From: an uncultured Gammaproteobacteria bacterium
GTDB taxonomy: Bacteria > Pseudomonadota > Gammaproteobacteria > GCF-002020875
Assembly (NCBI GenBank): GCA_963981015.1
Contig: CAXCCG010000005.1
Location: forward strand, 726-64,725
DNA length: 64,000 nucleotides
Reading direction: 5' to 3'
Part shown: positions 11,949-22,860 of the stretch, piece after piece
How the letters are laid out: each line of letters opens with the position of its first letter
Numbering within the stretch: the first letter of the stretch is position 1
Notes under the pieces: generated by a model
The model's input: only the letters and a program-made list of their open reading frames with translations
Database searches by the model: none
Told to the model about the DNA's origin: nothing
Translations under genes and position numbers: made by a program

Positions 11949-11961
11949 TGCTCTTTAAAAC
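11949..11961 (+). promoter_or_regulatory. boxA-like element (candidate NusB/NusE antitermination signal) in the rpsL leader
   Basis: TGCTCTTTAAAAC compared with the rrn boxA consensus TGCTCTTTAACAA: the first 10 nt are identical. It sits on the sense strand 15 nt after the leader hairpin and T-run. Confidence 0.45.
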
Positions 11962-12008
11962 TGATTAGGAATACCTATGAAGTCTCTTGCTGAGCAGGTC
12001 AGTGACCG

Positions 12009-12025
12009 TGAACATAATATGTTCA
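12009..12025. repeat. Perfect 17-nt palindrome TGAACATA-A-TATGTTCA upstream of rpsL
   Basis: The two 8-nt arms are exact reverse complements around a single central base. The element ends 35 nt before the rpsL start codon. Confidence 0.9.
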
Positions 12026-12059
12026 TAAAGTTATGGATTTAGCTTGAAGAAAGAGAACG

Positions 12060-12434
12060 ATGGCAACGATTAATCAGTTGGTAAGAAAACCTCGCAAGGT
12101 TCAAAAAGAGAAGAGTAAGGTTCCGGCACTGGATGCATGTCCGCAGAAGCGTGGCGTATGTACCCGTGTCTATACAACCACTCCCAAAAAGCCTAACTCT
12201 GCAATGAGAAAAGTGGCTCGTGTCCGTCTGACGAACAGTATGGAGGTCTCCTCCTATATTGGTGGTGAGGGGCATAACCTTCAAGAGCACTCTGTTGTGC
12301 TGATTCGTGGTGGTCGTGTGAAGGATCTTCCTGGTGTGCGTTATCACGTAGTTCGCGGAAGCTTGGATACCACGGGTGTTGATGCTCGTCGTCAAGGGCG
12401 CTCCAAGTATGGCGCTAAGAAGCCTAAGGGTTGA
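12060..12434 (+). CDS. rpsL: 30S ribosomal protein S12
   Basis: [13 protein letters not shown]...[18 protein letters not shown] is a canonical S12 sequence. Confidence 0.99.
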   Translation: MATINQLVRKPRKVQKEKSKVPALDACPQKRGVCTRVYTTTPKKPNSAMRKVARVRLTNSMEVSSYIGGEGHNLQEHSVVLIRGGRVKDLPGVRYHVVRGSLDTTGVDARRQGRSKYGAKKPKG

Positions 12435-12512
12435 GATAAGAGTTAATGGGGAAGCTGAATTGGGTGTATCCCAGTTGTCTGTTAAGAGTCTGATAAGAAT
12501 TCGAGAAATCTG

Positions 12513-12983
12513 ATGTCTAGAAGAAATAGAGCGCCAAAACGTACCGTATTGCCAGATCCCAAATTTGGGAATGAGCAGTTGACCAAGTTTATCAATGTGA
12601 TCATGAAAGATGGCAAGAAGTCTGTTGCTGAGAAGATTGTTTATGGTGCGTTGGATGTGGTAGAAGAGCGCGGTAACAACGAGCCGGTTGAGGCTCTGTT
12701 TTCAGCGTTAGATAATGTGGGTCCTAAGGTTGAGGTGAAGTCACGTCGTGTTGGTGGTTCTACCTATCAGGTGCCTATCGAAGTGCGTTCTGAGCGTCGT
12801 GTTGCGCTGGGTATGCGTTGGTTGGTAGAAGCTGCGCGTAAACGCGGTGAGAAGACTATGGGTCTGCGTCTGGCGGGTGAGATTCTGGATGCGCTTGAGA
12901 GTCGTGGTTCGGCAGTGAAGAAGAAAGAGGATACGCACCGTATGGCAGATGCCAACAAAGCGTTCTCGCACTTCCGCTGGTAA
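12513..12983 (+). CDS. rpsG: 30S ribosomal protein S7
   Basis: [28 protein letters not shown]...[10 protein letters not shown]. The order rpsL-rpsG-fusA-tuf is conserved. Confidence 0.98.
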   Translation: MSRRNRAPKRTVLPDPKFGNEQLTKFINVIMKDGKKSVAEKIVYGALDVVEERGNNEPVEALFSALDNVGPKVEVKSRRVGGSTYQVPIEVRSERRVALGMRWLVEAARKRGEKTMGLRLAGEILDALESRGSAVKKKEDTHRMADANKAFSHFRW

Positions 12984-13005
12984 ATTTGTAGTTACTTTTT
13001 TTATT

Positions 13006-13018
13006 TGCTCTTTAATTT
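13006..13018 (+). promoter_or_regulatory. Second boxA-like element, in the rpsG-fusA spacer
   Basis: TGCTCTTTAATTT. The 10-nt core TGCTCTTTAA is identical to the copy at 11949-11958 and to the first 10 nt of rrn boxA. The following TTTAT resembles the E. coli rrn sequence downstream of boxA. Confidence 0.4.
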
Positions 13019-13037
13019 ATACGGATTAATTTAGATC

Positions 13038-15131
13038 ATGGCACGTCAAACACCATTGAAGCGTTACCGGAATCTCGGAATCATGGCGCACATTGATGCA
13101 GGTAAGACTACAACTACCGAGCGTATTCTATTTTATACGGGGCTCTCTCACAAGATTGGTGAGGTGCATGATGGTGCGGCAACGATGGACTGGATGGAGC
13201 AGGAGCAGGAGCGTGGTATTACCATCACTTCTGCTGCAACAACCTCGTTCTGGTCAGGTATGGATCAGCAGTTTGAGCAGCATCGTATCAATATTATTGA
13301 TACCCCCGGACACGTAGACTTTACTATCGAAGTAGAGCGCTCATTGCGAGTATTGGATGGTGCTTGTGCGGTTTTCTGTGCAGTGGGTGGCGTAGAGCCG
13401 CAGTCTGAGACAGTATGGCGTCAGGCTAATAAGTATGGTGTGCCCCGTATTGGTTTCGTTAATAAAATGGATCGCTCCGGAGCAGATTTTCTGCGTGTTG
13501 TAGAGCAGGTGCGCGACCGTCTGGGTGCTAACGCAGTGCCTATTCAAATGAATATTGGTGCTGAAGAAGATTTTAAGGGGGTTGTGGATCTGATTCGCAT
13601 GAAGGCAATCTACTGGAATGAGGATGACATGGGGATGACCTATGATGCCAAAGAGATTCCGGAAGAGTTGCAGGGTCAATGTGATGAGCTTCGTGAGCAG
13701 ATGATGGAAGCTGCGGCAGAGGCTAATGAAGAGTTGATGGAGAAGTACCTCGAAGAGGGCGAGTTGAGTAACGATGAGATCCGTGAAGGTATCCGTATTC
13801 AGACGCTGAATAACGAGATCGTTCCGATGATGTGTGGTTCTGCATTTAAGAATAAGGGTGTTCAGGCGATGTTGGATGCCGTAATCCACTATATGCCTTC
13901 CCCGCTGGAGGTGCCTGCAATTACGGGTGAGCTGGAAGATGGCAGTGAGGCGACTCGCCCATCCTCTGATGATGAGCCGTTTTCTGCGTTGGCATTCAAG
14001 ATTGCAACCGACCCGTTTGTGGGTACCTTGACCTTCTTCCGGGTCTACTCTGGTGTAATTAACTCCGGTGACTTCTGTTACAACACAGTGAAGGGTAAAA
14101 AAGAGCGTATCGGACGTATTGTTCAGATGCACTCCAATGATCGTGAAGAAATTAAAGAGGTCCGTGCGGGCGATATCGCAGCAGCAATCGGCCTCAAAGA
14201 TGTAACAACAGGTGATACGCTGAGCGCCATTGATAACAAGATTATTCTTGAGCGCATGGAGTTTCCTGAGCCGGTGATCTCTGTTGCTGTAGAGCCGAAA
14301 TCAAAGGCAGACCAAGAGAAAATGGGTATTGCGCTCTCCAAGCTGGCGCAGGAAGATCCCTCTTTCCGTGTACATACGGATGAAGAGTCTGGTCAGACGA
14401 TCATCTCCGGCATGGGTGAACTCCATCTCGAAATCATCGTTGACCGCATGATGCGTGAGTTTAATGTGGAGGCAGCAGTAGGTGCGCCACAGGTTGCTTA
14501 CCGTGAGACTATTCGTAAGGTGGTTGAGCAGGAAGGCAAATTTGTACGCCAATCCGGTGGTCGTGGACAGTTTGGTCATGTATGGATTCGAATTGAGCCA
14601 CAGGAAGCGGGTGCTGGTTACGAATTTATCAATGAGATCGTAGGTGGTGTGGTGCCTAAGGAGTACATTCCTGCTGTAGATAAAGGTATCCAGGAGCAGA
14701 TGAAGAATGGTGTCATTGCCGGTTACCCGATCGAAGATTGTAAGGTTACTTTGTATGATGGTTCCTATCATGATGTGGACTCCAATGAGTTGGCATTTAA
14801 GGTGGCAGGTTCTATGGCCTTTAAGCAGGGCGCACTGAATGCAAGTCCGGTACTGCTTGAGCCTATGATGAAGGTGGATGTGGTTACTCCAGAAGACTAC
14901 ATGGGTGATGTGATGGGTGACCTCAATCGTCGACGTGGCATGGTTGCGGGTATGGATGACTCCCCGGCAGGCAAGATGATTGCAGCAACGGTACCGCTCT
15001 CCGAGATGTTTGGTTATGCAACCGATCTGCGTTCAGCAACACAGGGACGAGCGACCTACTCGATGGAGTTTGAGAAGTACGCTGAAGCACCGGCAAATAT
15101 TGCGGCAGCTGTTGTTAAAAAGAATAGTTAA
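13038..15131 (+). CDS. fusA: Elongation factor G
   Basis: 697 aa with the G1 motif [23 protein letters not shown] and NKMD. Confidence 0.99.
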   Translation: MARQTPLKRYRNLGIMAHIDAGKTTTTERILFYTGLSHKIGEVHDGAATMDWMEQEQERGITITSAATTSFWSGMDQQFEQHRINIIDTPGHVDFTIEVERSLRVLDGACAVFCAVGGVEPQSETVWRQANKYGVPRIGFVNKMDRSGADFLRVVEQVRDRLGANAVPIQMNIGAEEDFKGVVDLIRMKAIYWNEDDMGMTYDAKEIPEELQGQCDELREQMMEAAAEANEELMEKYLEEGELSNDEIREGIRIQTLNNEIVPMMCGSAFKNKGVQAMLDAVIHYMPSPLEVPAITGELEDGSEATRPSSDDEPFSALAFKIATDPFVGTLTFFRVYSGVINSGDFCYNTVKGKKERIGRIVQMHSNDREEIKEVRAGDIAAAIGLKDVTTGDTLSAIDNKIILERMEFPEPVISVAVEPKSKADQEKMGIALSKLAQEDPSFRVHTDEESGQTIISGMGELHLEIIVDRMMREFNVEAAVGAPQVAYRETIRKVVEQEGKFVRQSGGRGQFGHVWIRIEPQEAGAGYEFINEIVGGVVPKEYIPAVDKGIQEQMKNGVIAGYPIEDCKVTLYDGSYHDVDSNELAFKVAGSMAFKQGALNASPVLLEPMMKVDVVTPEDYMGDVMGDLNRRRGMVAGMDDSPAGKMIAATVPLSEMFGYATDLRSATQGRATYSMEFEKYAEAPANIAAAVVKKNS

Positions 15132-15189
15132 ACGAATTTAAGAAATTTTCAGTCTGCAGAGGCTGAGTTAAGAGCAAGAGGAAAAGACG

Positions 15190-16380
15190 ATGTCCAAGGA
15201 AAAGTTTGAGAGAACGAAGCCGCACGTAAACGTAGGTACGATCGGTCACGTAGACCACGGAAAGACTACACTGACAGCTGCAATTACCAAGGTAATGGCA
15301 GAGCTGCAGGGTGGGGAATTCAAAGACTACGCAGATATCGACAATGCACCAGAAGAGCGCGAGCGTGGAATCACCATCGCAACAGCACACGTAGAGTATG
15401 AGACAGACAATCGTCACTATGCTCACGTAGACTGCCCGGGACATGCTGACTACGTCAAAAACATGATTACCGGTGCAGCGCAGATGGACGGTGCAATCCT
15501 CGTAGTATCAGCAGCAGACGGCCCCATGCCACAGACGCGTGAGCACATTCTGCTTTCCCGTCAGGTTGGCGTACCATACATCATCGTCTACCTCAACAAG
15601 GCAGACCAGGTGGATGACGAAGAGCTGCTGGAACTGGTAGAGATGGAAGTTCGTGAATTGTTAGATTCATATGACTTCCCTGGAGATGACACCCCAATCG
15701 TAACCGGTTCTGCCCTGAAGGCATTGGAAGGCGATAGCAGCGATATCGGCACGCCATCCATCATAAAGCTTGCAGAGGCAATGGATAGCTACTTCCCGGA
15801 GCCAGAGCGAGCCATCGATGGTGACTTCATCATGCCGATTGAGGACGTATTCTCAATCTCTGGACGTGGTACAGTTGTTACAGGTCGTATCGAGCGCGGT
15901 GTCGTCAAAGTAGGTGAAGAGATCGAGATCGTCGGCATCAAGGACACCACTAAAACCACCGTAACCGGTGTAGAGATGTTCCGTAAATTGCTGGATCAGG
16001 GTGAAGCAGGTGACAACGTAGGCGTATTGCTGCGAGGCACCAAGCGTGATGAAGTAGAGCGAGGTCAAGTACTGGCCAAGCCTGGTTCTATTAACCCCCA
16101 CACAAAATTTGAAGCAGAGATCTACGTACTGAGTAAGGAAGAGGGAGGACGTCATACACCATTCTTCACCAACTACCGACCTCAGTTCTACTTCCGGACA
16201 ACAGACGTAACAGGAGCAGTAGATCTTCCTGAGGGAACAGAGATGGCAATGCCAGGAGATAATCTGAAGATTCTTGGCACCCTGATCAACCCGATTGCAA
16301 TGGACGAGGGGCTGCGTTTTGCGATCCGAGAGGGTGGCCGGACTGTAGGTTCTGGTGTTGTTTCCAAGATTATCGAATAA
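15190..16380 (+). CDS. tuf: Elongation factor Tu
   Basis: 396 aa with [23 protein letters not shown] and NKADQV. Confidence 0.99.
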   Translation: MSKEKFERTKPHVNVGTIGHVDHGKTTLTAAITKVMAELQGGEFKDYADIDNAPEERERGITIATAHVEYETDNRHYAHVDCPGHADYVKNMITGAAQMDGAILVVSAADGPMPQTREHILLSRQVGVPYIIVYLNKADQVDDEELLELVEMEVRELLDSYDFPGDDTPIVTGSALKALEGDSSDIGTPSIIKLAEAMDSYFPEPERAIDGDFIMPIEDVFSISGRGTVVTGRIERGVVKVGEEIEIVGIKDTTKTTVTGVEMFRKLLDQGEAGDNVGVLLRGTKRDEVERGQVLAKPGSINPHTKFEAEIYVLSKEEGGRHTPFFTNYRPQFYFRTTDVTGAVDLPEGTEMAMPGDNLKILGTLINPIAMDEGLRFAIREGGRTVGSGVVSKIIE

Positions 16381-16429
16381 ATTATTTTTTCGAATAATTA
16401 CTGAATAACGACTGACTGAGTAAAAGTAA

Positions 16430-16741
16430 ATGGCTGGACAGAGAATTCGTATCCGTCTCAAAGCGTTTGATTATCGTCTAATCGATCAATCTGCACGTGA
16501 AATTGCACAGACGGCAAAGCGTACCGGAGCACAAGTTCGTGGTCCAATTCCGCTTCCAACAAAGAAAGAGCGCTTTACTGTTCTGACCTCGCCACACGTC
16601 AATAAAGACGCGCGTGACCAGTATGAACTGCGTACCCATAAGCGAATGATGGACATCGTGGACCCAACGGATAAAACCGTGGATGCACTGATGAAACTCG
16701 ACCTCGCGGCTGGCGTTGATGTACAGATCAAGCTTTCTTGA
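16430..16741 (+). CDS. rpsJ: 30S ribosomal protein S10 (NusE)
   Basis: 103 aa: [22 protein letters not shown]...RTHKRMMDI. Confidence 0.98.
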   Translation: MAGQRIRIRLKAFDYRLIDQSAREIAQTAKRTGAQVRGPIPLPTKKERFTVLTSPHVNKDARDQYELRTHKRMMDIVDPTDKTVDALMKLDLAAGVDVQIKLS

Positions 16742-16771
16742 TAGTAAAGAGATAGAAGAGAGGATTTAGAA

Positions 16772-17416
16772 ATGTCAATCGGACTGGTAGGTCGAAAGGT
16801 CGGAATGAGTCGAGTGTTTACCGAAGCGGGTGCATCGATTCCTGTGACTGTGATTGAGGTAGAACCCAATCGTGTCACTCAGGTCAAGACTGATGAGACA
16901 GATGGATATAACGCGATTCAGGTGACAACTGGAACACGTAGAGCATCTCGGGTAACCAAGCCAATGGCTGGGCACTATGCGAAAGCGGGTGTTGAAGCTG
17001 GGCGCGGTCTCTGGGAGTTTCGCCTGAATAGTGATGAAATTGTAAACTACGAAGCGGGTAAAGAGGTTGAGTTGGATACGTTCGAGGCTGGACAGAAAAT
17101 CGACGTGACCGGTATCAATCGTGGATTTGGTTTTCAGGGCGGTATTAAGCGTCACCACTTTAGTGGTCTCGATAATACTCACGGAAACTCGGTTTCACAC
17201 CGCTCTAATGGTTCGATCGGACAGTGTCAGACCCCCGGACGTGTAGTCAAGGGCAAGAAAATGTCGGGTCACATGGGTAATGTACAGCGTACGATGCAGA
17301 ATCTGGAAGTGGTTCGTGTGGATGCTGAACGTAACCTGATTCTGGTTAAGGGCGCAGTTCCTGGTGCTAAAGGTGGTGATCTGATGATCAAACCTGCAGT
17401 CAAGGCTGGGGAATAA
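16772..17416 (+). CDS. rplC: 50S ribosomal protein L3
   Basis: [18 protein letters not shown]...[10 protein letters not shown], in the S10 operon order. Confidence 0.98.
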   Translation: MSIGLVGRKVGMSRVFTEAGASIPVTVIEVEPNRVTQVKTDETDGYNAIQVTTGTRRASRVTKPMAGHYAKAGVEAGRGLWEFRLNSDEIVNYEAGKEVELDTFEAGQKIDVTGINRGFGFQGGIKRHHFSGLDNTHGNSVSHRSNGSIGQCQTPGRVVKGKKMSGHMGNVQRTMQNLEVVRVDAERNLILVKGAVPGAKGGDLMIKPAVKAGE

Positions 17417-17427
17417 GGAGTTAAGTC

Positions 17428-18048
17428 ATGGAATTGAATGTACGTGATTTTCCGGCAGGCAATGAGCAGTCAAAGGTCTCTGTTTCAGATACCGCGTTTG
17501 CTGCAGATTATAATGAGGCATTAATCCATCAAGTGGTTGTAGCCTATCAGGCGGGTGCGCGTGCGGGTACTGCGGCACAGAAAACACGTTCTGATGTGCG
17601 TGGTGGTGGTGCCAAGCCTTGGCGTCAGAAAGGGACAGGTCGTGCCCGTGCGGGTACAAGTCGTAGCCCAATCTGGAGAAGTGGTGGTGTAACTTTTGCC
17701 GCACGCCCAAGAAATTATGAGCAGAAGGTGAATCGTAAGATGTATCGCGCTGCGATGCGCTCTATTCTTTCTGAACTGGTGCGTCAGGATCGTTTGACTG
17801 TTGTTTCAAGTTTGAGTGTTGAGAGCGCAAAGACCAAGGCACTGAATAGTGCGTTGAGTGGTATGGACCTTAACAACGTATTGATTGTTTCAGGTGAAGT
17901 AGATGAGAATCTCTACCTCTCTGCACGTAACCTACCGCACGTTGGTGTGACAGATGTGACCGCAATGGATCCAGTTAGTCTGGTCTCTTACGAGAATGTA
18001 TTGATGAGCGAGTCTGCACTGAAGCAGGTCGAGGAGTCACTGGCATGA
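17428..18048 (+). CDS. rplD: 50S ribosomal protein L4
   Basis: 206 aa with [28 protein letters not shown]. Confidence 0.98.
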   Translation: MELNVRDFPAGNEQSKVSVSDTAFAADYNEALIHQVVVAYQAGARAGTAAQKTRSDVRGGGAKPWRQKGTGRARAGTSRSPIWRSGGVTFAARPRNYEQKVNRKMYRAAMRSILSELVRQDRLTVVSSLSVESAKTKALNSALSGMDLNNVLIVSGEVDENLYLSARNLPHVGVTDVTAMDPVSLVSYENVLMSESALKQVEESLA

Positions 18049-18347
18049 GTAATAATCAAGAACGTTTGATGAAAGTCGTATTGGCACCGCACATTACTGA
18101 AAAGAGTGCGATGGCCGCAGAGATGCGCAACCAGTATGTATTTAAAGTGGCTAAGGATGCCAAGAAGCCAGAGATCAAAGAGGCGATTGAGCTGATGTTT
18201 GATGTCAAGGTGGATGGTGTCACGATTAGCAATGTCAAAGGTAAGAGCAAACGTAGTGGTATGAAATTTGGCAGACGTCCAAGCTGGAAGAAGGCCTTTG
18301 TTAAGTTGAGTGAAGGTCAAGAAATTCAATTCATGGATGCCGAATAA
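18045..18347 (+). CDS. rplW: 50S ribosomal protein L23
   Basis: 100 aa: [16 protein letters not shown]...[17 protein letters not shown]. The start overlaps the rplD stop (ATGA). Confidence 0.97.
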   Translation: MSNNQERLMKVVLAPHITEKSAMAAEMRNQYVFKVAKDAKKPEIKEAIELMFDVKVDGVTISNVKGKSKRSGMKFGRRPSWKKAFVKLSEGQEIQFMDAE

Positions 18348-18386
18348 GGGCTGGGATCAGAGAGTTTTCGAAGGGATAGTATAAAG

Positions 18387-19214
18387 ATGGCAATCGTAAA
18401 ATCTAAACCAACCTCGCCAGGACGTCGTTTTGTCGTTTCAGTGGTGAACCAGAATCTGCATAAAGGTAAGCCTCATGCAGCGTTGGTGGCAAAGAAATCC
18501 AAAAATGGTGGTCGTAATAATGCGGGCCGTATCACAACACGTCATCGTGGTGGTGGTCATAAGCAACGTTATCGTGTTATTGACTTCAAGCGTAACAAGG
18601 ATGGGATTCCAGCCAAGGTAGAGCGTCTGGAGTATGATCCTAACCGTACTGCAAATATTGCATTAGTGCTTTATGCAGATGGAGAACGTCGCTATATCAT
18701 TGCGCCTAAGGGAGTCTCTGCTGAAGACACGTTGATGTCAGGTAGTGGTGCTGAGATCAAAACTGGTAACACTATGGCTCTGCGTGATATGCCATTGGGT
18801 ACTACAGTTCACTGTATTGAGCTGAAGCCAGGTAAAGGTGCCCAGGTTGCACGCTCAGCGGGAACTTCCGCTCAGTTTGTAGCGAAAGAGGGTGCATTTG
18901 CAACCTTACGTCTGCGCTCTGGAGAGATGCGCAAGATTTTGCTCGATTGCCGTGCAACCATCGGTGAAGTGAGTAATGGTGAGCATTCACTAAGAAAATT
19001 AGGTAAAGCGGGTGCTACTCGCTGGCGTGGTGTTCGTCCGACCGTCCGCGGTGTTGCGATGAATCCAGTTGACCATCCACATGGCGGTGGTGAGGGGCGT
19101 ACTTCGGGTGGTCGTCATCCGGTCTCTCCATGGGGTATGCCTACCAAGGGTTATAAGACGCGTTCCAATAAACGTACGGATCAGTATATTGTCCGTCGTC
19201 GGAACAAGAAATAA
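18387..19214 (+). CDS. rplB: 50S ribosomal protein L2
   Basis: 275 aa with [22 protein letters not shown] and [17 protein letters not shown]. Confidence 0.99.
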   Translation: MAIVKSKPTSPGRRFVVSVVNQNLHKGKPHAALVAKKSKNGGRNNAGRITTRHRGGGHKQRYRVIDFKRNKDGIPAKVERLEYDPNRTANIALVLYADGERRYIIAPKGVSAEDTLMSGSGAEIKTGNTMALRDMPLGTTVHCIELKPGKGAQVARSAGTSAQFVAKEGAFATLRLRSGEMRKILLDCRATIGEVSNGEHSLRKLGKAGATRWRGVRPTVRGVAMNPVDHPHGGGEGRTSGGRHPVSPWGMPTKGYKTRSNKRTDQYIVRRRNKK

Positions 19215-19251
19215 TAGAGTATAAACGAGTAACTGAGCCGAGGATTATAAC

Positions 19252-19527
19252 GTGCCACGTTCAATTAAAAAGGGTCCATTCATCGATGAGCATCTTCGCG
19301 TAAAAGTGAAAAAGGCAGTCGAAAGTAGTGACCGTCGTCCTATTAAAACCTGGTCCAGAAGATCCATGATTATGCCTGAGATGATTGGCCTCACAATTGC
19401 CATTCATAATGGTCGTCAACATGTACCTGTGTTGATTAATGAGAACATGGTCGGTCACAAGCTGGGTGAGTTTGCGCTGACGCGTACCTATCGTGGTCAT
19501 GCTGCAGACAAAAAGTCGAAAAGGTAG
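19252..19527 (+). CDS. rpsS: 30S ribosomal protein S19
   Basis: GTG start with gaggat upstream. The translation is [14 protein letters not shown]...HNGRQHVPV. Confidence 0.98.
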   Translation: MPRSIKKGPFIDEHLRVKVKKAVESSDRRPIKTWSRRSMIMPEMIGLTIAIHNGRQHVPVLINENMVGHKLGEFALTRTYRGHAADKKSKR

Positions 19528-19532
19528 AGATT

Positions 19533-19865
19533 ATGGAAACGGTTGCAAAGCTTAAAAATGCAAAAATTTCTGCACAGAAGGTGCGTCTGGTTGTTGATCA
19601 GATTCGTGGTCTTCCGGTAGAAAATGCAGTAGATCTGCTTCGATTTAGTAACAAAAAAGCCGCACATATTGTAGGTAAGATACTGAATTCTGCGATTGCT
19701 AATGCAGAACATAATGAAGGTGCAGATATTGATGAATTGAAGGTCTCGACGGCATTTGTCGACGAAGGCCCGACATATAAGCGAATTCAACCTCGTGCGA
19801 AAGGTCGTGCGAACCGAATTCTTAAACGAACCAGCCATATTAGTGTGGCTGTTTCAGATCGCTGA
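19533..19865 (+). CDS. rplV: 50S ribosomal protein L22
   Basis: 110 aa: [23 protein letters not shown]. Confidence 0.98.
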   Translation: METVAKLKNAKISAQKVRLVVDQIRGLPVENAVDLLRFSNKKAAHIVGKILNSAIANAEHNEGADIDELKVSTAFVDEGPTYKRIQPRAKGRANRILKRTSHISVAVSDR

Positions 19866-19876
19866 GGAATAGCGGA

Positions 19877-20554
19877 ATGGGTCAAAAAGTACATCCAATT
19901 GGTTACCGTCTGGGATACATCAAGGACTGGAACTCTACCTGGTATGCAGATAGTAAAAACTATGCAGATCAACTGTTTGCGGATATCTCTATTCGAGAGT
20001 TCCTGAAAAAGCGCTTGGCGCAAGCTTCAGTAAGCCGTATCCTGATTGAGCGTCCGTCAGGTAATGCTCGAATTACTATACATACAGCTCGTCCTGGTAT
20101 CGTAATTGGTAAGAAGGGTGAGGATATTGAGAAGCTGCGTCGTGAAGTCACGGCGAGAATGGGAATTCCTGTCCAGATTAATATCGAAGAGATTCGTAAG
20201 CCTGAGCTGGATGCCCAGTTAGTTGCAGAAGGGATTGCACAACAGCTGGAAAAGCGTATTATGTTTCGCCGCGCGATGAAACGTTCTGTTGGTAATACCA
20301 TGCGCTTGGGTGGTAAAGGGATTCGTATCAATGTATCCGGTCGTTTGAATGGTGCAGAGATTGCACGAACTGAGTGGTATCGTGAAGGACGTGTTCCTCT
20401 ACATACCTTGAGAGCAGATATTGATTACGGCTTTGCTGAAGCTGAGACCACTTATGGAATCATCGGCATCAAAGTATGGATCTTCAAGGGAGAGGTCTAT
20501 AACACCTCTGTCAATAGTGAAGAGCCAGAGACTGTTGATAGTACCGCGAAGTAA
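19877..20554 (+). CDS. rpsC: 30S ribosomal protein S3
   Basis: [24 protein letters not shown], followed by a KH domain containing [15 protein letters not shown]. Confidence 0.99.
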   Translation: MGQKVHPIGYRLGYIKDWNSTWYADSKNYADQLFADISIREFLKKRLAQASVSRILIERPSGNARITIHTARPGIVIGKKGEDIEKLRREVTARMGIPVQINIEEIRKPELDAQLVAEGIAQQLEKRIMFRRAMKRSVGNTMRLGGKGIRINVSGRLNGAEIARTEWYREGRVPLHTLRADIDYGFAEAETTYGIIGIKVWIFKGEVYNTSVNSEEPETVDSTAK

Positions 20555-20592
20555 AGCAATAGAATTAGTCTAAGAGATAGGGAAGAAGAGCA

Positions 20593-21006
20593 ATGCTTCA
20601 ACCGAAAAGAACAAAATTCCGTAAGCAGCATAAAGGAAGAAACCGTGGCTTGTCACAAAACGGAAACTCAGTCAGTTTTGGTGAGTTTGGCCTGAAAGCA
20701 ACGGGACGAGGACGAATCACGGCGCGTCAGATTGAGGCGGCACGTCGTACCATTTCACGTCAGGTAAAACGTGGTGGTAAATTAACGATTCGTATTTTTC
20801 CTGACAAGCCAATTACCAAGAAGCCTCTAGAGGTTCGTCAAGGTAAAGGTAAGGGTAATGTAGAGTATTGGGTTGCTCTGATTCAACCTGGAAAGATGTT
20901 GTATGAGATCGAAGGTGTACCTGAAGAGTTGGCGCGTGAGGCCTTTAAGCTTGCTGCAGCAAAACTTCCTGTATCAACAATTTTTGTGGCAAGAACCCCT
21001 CTGTAA
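20593..21006 (+). CDS. rplP: 50S ribosomal protein L16
   Basis: [19 protein letters not shown] is the canonical L16 N terminus. Confidence 0.99.
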   Translation: MLQPKRTKFRKQHKGRNRGLSQNGNSVSFGEFGLKATGRGRITARQIEAARRTISRQVKRGGKLTIRIFPDKPITKKPLEVRQGKGKGNVEYWVALIQPGKMLYEIEGVPEELAREAFKLAAAKLPVSTIFVARTPL

Positions 21007-21018
21007 CAGGTTATCGTG

Positions 21019-21216
21019 ATGAAGACAAGTGAACTGAGAGAAAAGAGCGAAGCAGATCTGCAGACAGAGTTGCAGGCGATGTTACGTGAACAATTTAATT
21101 TACGTATGCAGCGTGCTACAAACCAGCTGTCTGATAACAGTCAGATGAAAAAGGTTCGTCGCAATATCGCGCGTGTAAAGACTATTATGAATGAAAAACA
21201 GAGTACTGCATCATGA
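21019..21216 (+). CDS. rpmC: 50S ribosomal protein L29
   Basis: [31 protein letters not shown] aligns with E. coli L29 from its first residue. The ORF-track start at 21016 is a GTG one codon upstream. Confidence 0.96.
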   Translation: MKTSELREKSEADLQTELQAMLREQFNLRMQRATNQLSDNSQMKKVRRNIARVKTIMNEKQSTAS

Positions 21217-21479
21217 CAGATCAGAGTGGAATAGTAAGAACGATCACGGGTCGTGTTGTCTCTAATAAAGGAGACAAAAGCATTACAGTGATGGTAGAGC
21301 GTCAGGTAAAGCACCCTATTTACAAAAAATTCATCAAGCGTTCAACTAAATTGAGAGCGCATGATGAGAGCAATCAGTGTAATGAGGGTGATCTTGTTAC
21401 TATTCAGCCTTGTCGACCAATATCAAAGAGTAAATCTTTTATGTTAGTCGAGGTTCTTGAGTCTGCAGCAGCAGGTTAG
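21213..21479 (+). CDS. rpsQ: 30S ribosomal protein S17
   Basis: 88 aa: [38 protein letters not shown]. The start overlaps the rpmC stop. Confidence 0.97.
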   Translation: MTDQSGIVRTITGRVVSNKGDKSITVMVERQVKHPIYKKFIKRSTKLRAHDESNQCNEGDLVTIQPCRPISKSKSFMLVEVLESAAAG

Positions 21480-21508
21480 TTGACAACTCAAGATTATAAG
21501 ATGATAAA
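21480..21508 (+). promoter_or_regulatory. Candidate spc-operon promoter
   Basis: A perfect -35 TTGACA (21480-21485) lies immediately after the rpsQ stop. After a 17-nt spacer comes a weak -10, GATAAA (21503-21508). E. coli has the spc promoter at this junction. The poor -10 keeps confidence low. Confidence 0.3.
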
Positions 21509-21533
21509 TAGAAATAGAGATTGGAGATAACCA

Positions 21534-21902
21534 ATGATTCAGATGCAATCCACATTGAGTGTTGCTGATAACAGTGGCGCAAAAAAGGTCATGTGCATCA
21601 AGGTGCTTGGTGGTTCCAAGCGTCGTTACGCAGGAATTGGTGATGTGATTAAGGTCAGTGTTAAAGAAGCACTGCCACGTGGCAAGGTCAAGAAAGGTGA
21701 CGTATACAATGCAGTTGTTGTACGCACACGTAAAGGTGTTCGCCGCCCGGATGGTTCATTGATCCGCTTCGATGGTAATGCAGCAGTAATGCTGAATGCC
21801 AAGCATGAACCTATTGGCACACGTATCTTTGGACCTGTGACACGTGAACTTCGTGGTAAGAAATTCATGAAGATCGTCTCATTGGCACCAGAAGTTATTT
21901 AA
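21534..21902 (+). CDS. rplN: 50S ribosomal protein L14
   Basis: [28 protein letters not shown] is a canonical L14 sequence. Confidence 0.99.
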   Translation: MIQMQSTLSVADNSGAKKVMCIKVLGGSKRRYAGIGDVIKVSVKEALPRGKVKKGDVYNAVVVRTRKGVRRPDGSLIRFDGNAAVMLNAKHEPIGTRIFGPVTRELRGKKFMKIVSLAPEVI

Positions 21903-21934
21903 GTAAACAATAGTAATTATTTAGAGATAACGAT

Positions 21935-22255
21935 ATGCGCAGGATTAAAAAAGGTGATGAGGTAATAGTCCTCACTGGCAAAGATAGTGGTCAGAGAGGT
22001 ACCGTTGCACGAGTGATTTTCGAGAAGGATCGCTTGGTTGTAGATGGTATCAATATGGTTAAAAAACATACCAAGCCTAACCCCAATCTTGGCATTGCCG
22101 GCGGGATCGTGGAGAAAGAGATGTCTATCCATATCTCTAATGTTGCTCTCTATAATAATGCAACTGGAAAGGCAGATCGTGTCGGTTTCAAAACCCTGGA
22201 TGATGGACGCAAAGTACGTTATTTCAAGTCCAGCGGCGAAGTCGTTGACGCGTAA
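21935..22255 (+). CDS. rplX: 50S ribosomal protein L24
   Basis: 106 aa with the KOW motif [21 protein letters not shown]. Confidence 0.98.
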   Translation: MRRIKKGDEVIVLTGKDSGQRGTVARVIFEKDRLVVDGINMVKKHTKPNPNLGIAGGIVEKEMSIHISNVALYNNATGKADRVGFKTLDDGRKVRYFKSSGEVVDA

Positions 22256-22277
22256 ACTTGATACATAGGAAAAGGTC

Positions 22278-22817
22278 ATGAGTATCAGTAAAGAGCACTA
22301 TAACAGCACGGTTGTAAACCAGTTGATGGAACAGTTCGGTTACAAAAGTGTAATGGAAGTTCCAAAAATCACTAAGATTACCCTCAATATGGGTGTTGGT
22401 GAGGCGGTCGGAGATAAGAAAATTCTCGATCATGCATTCTCCGACATGCAGAAAATTGCAGGTCAAAAGCCAGTAAAAACATTGGCGCGTCTCTCTATCG
22501 CAGGTTTTAAAATTCGTGATGGATGGCCGATTGGTTGTAAAGTAACATTACGTAGTGCGCGTATGTATGAGTTCCTAGATCGACTGATAGCGATATCGAT
22601 TCCACGAATTCGAGATTTCCGTGGTCTTAATGGAAAGTCTTTTGATGGGCAGGGCAACTACAGTATGGGTGTGACTGAGCAGATTATTTTTCCAGAGATT
22701 GACTACGACAAAGTGGATGCACTCCGTGGACTGGATATCAGTGTAGTAACAACGGCTAAGAATGATGAGGAAGGTAAGGCGCTGCTGGCAGCAATGAACT
22801 TCCCCTTCAAGAATTAG
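22278..22817 (+). CDS. rplE: 50S ribosomal protein L5
   Basis: 179 aa: [23 protein letters not shown]...[11 protein letters not shown]. Confidence 0.98.
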   Translation: MSISKEHYNSTVVNQLMEQFGYKSVMEVPKITKITLNMGVGEAVGDKKILDHAFSDMQKIAGQKPVKTLARLSIAGFKIRDGWPIGCKVTLRSARMYEFLDRLIAISIPRIRDFRGLNGKSFDGQGNYSMGVTEQIIFPEIDYDKVDALRGLDISVVTTAKNDEEGKALLAAMNFPFKN

Positions 22818-22860
22818 TAAGCAGTATTTAGAAGTAATTTAGGAATAGGAATTAGATAGT

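Noticed and set aside
11869-11958. 29-aa ORF (MVGSAEMKSMRIDSTQTGSVFFVAFISAL) in the rpsL leader, considered as a possible leader peptide or small hydrophobic toxin.
   Set aside because: The GAAGG is only 3 nt from the ATG, which is poor spacing. The terminator hairpin and T-run lie inside the ORF, so the hydrophobic tail is just the translated T-run. There is no supporting evidence.
12009-12025. Considered whether the 17-nt palindrome is a Zur box, since Zur regulates some r-protein paralogues.
   Set aside because: The gammaproteobacterial Zur consensus (GAAATGTTATA-N-TATAACATTTC) has the half-sites in the opposite arrangement, and rpsL is not a known Zur target. The palindrome stays as an unassigned finding only.
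13341-14132. 263-aa ORF antisense to fusA. Others are 202 aa antisense to tuf (15853-16461) and 188 aa antisense to hisD (62703-63269).
   Set aside because: Same reasoning: these are shadow frames of strongly expressed genes, with compositionally odd products (rich in His, Cys, Leu and Arg) and no family signature.
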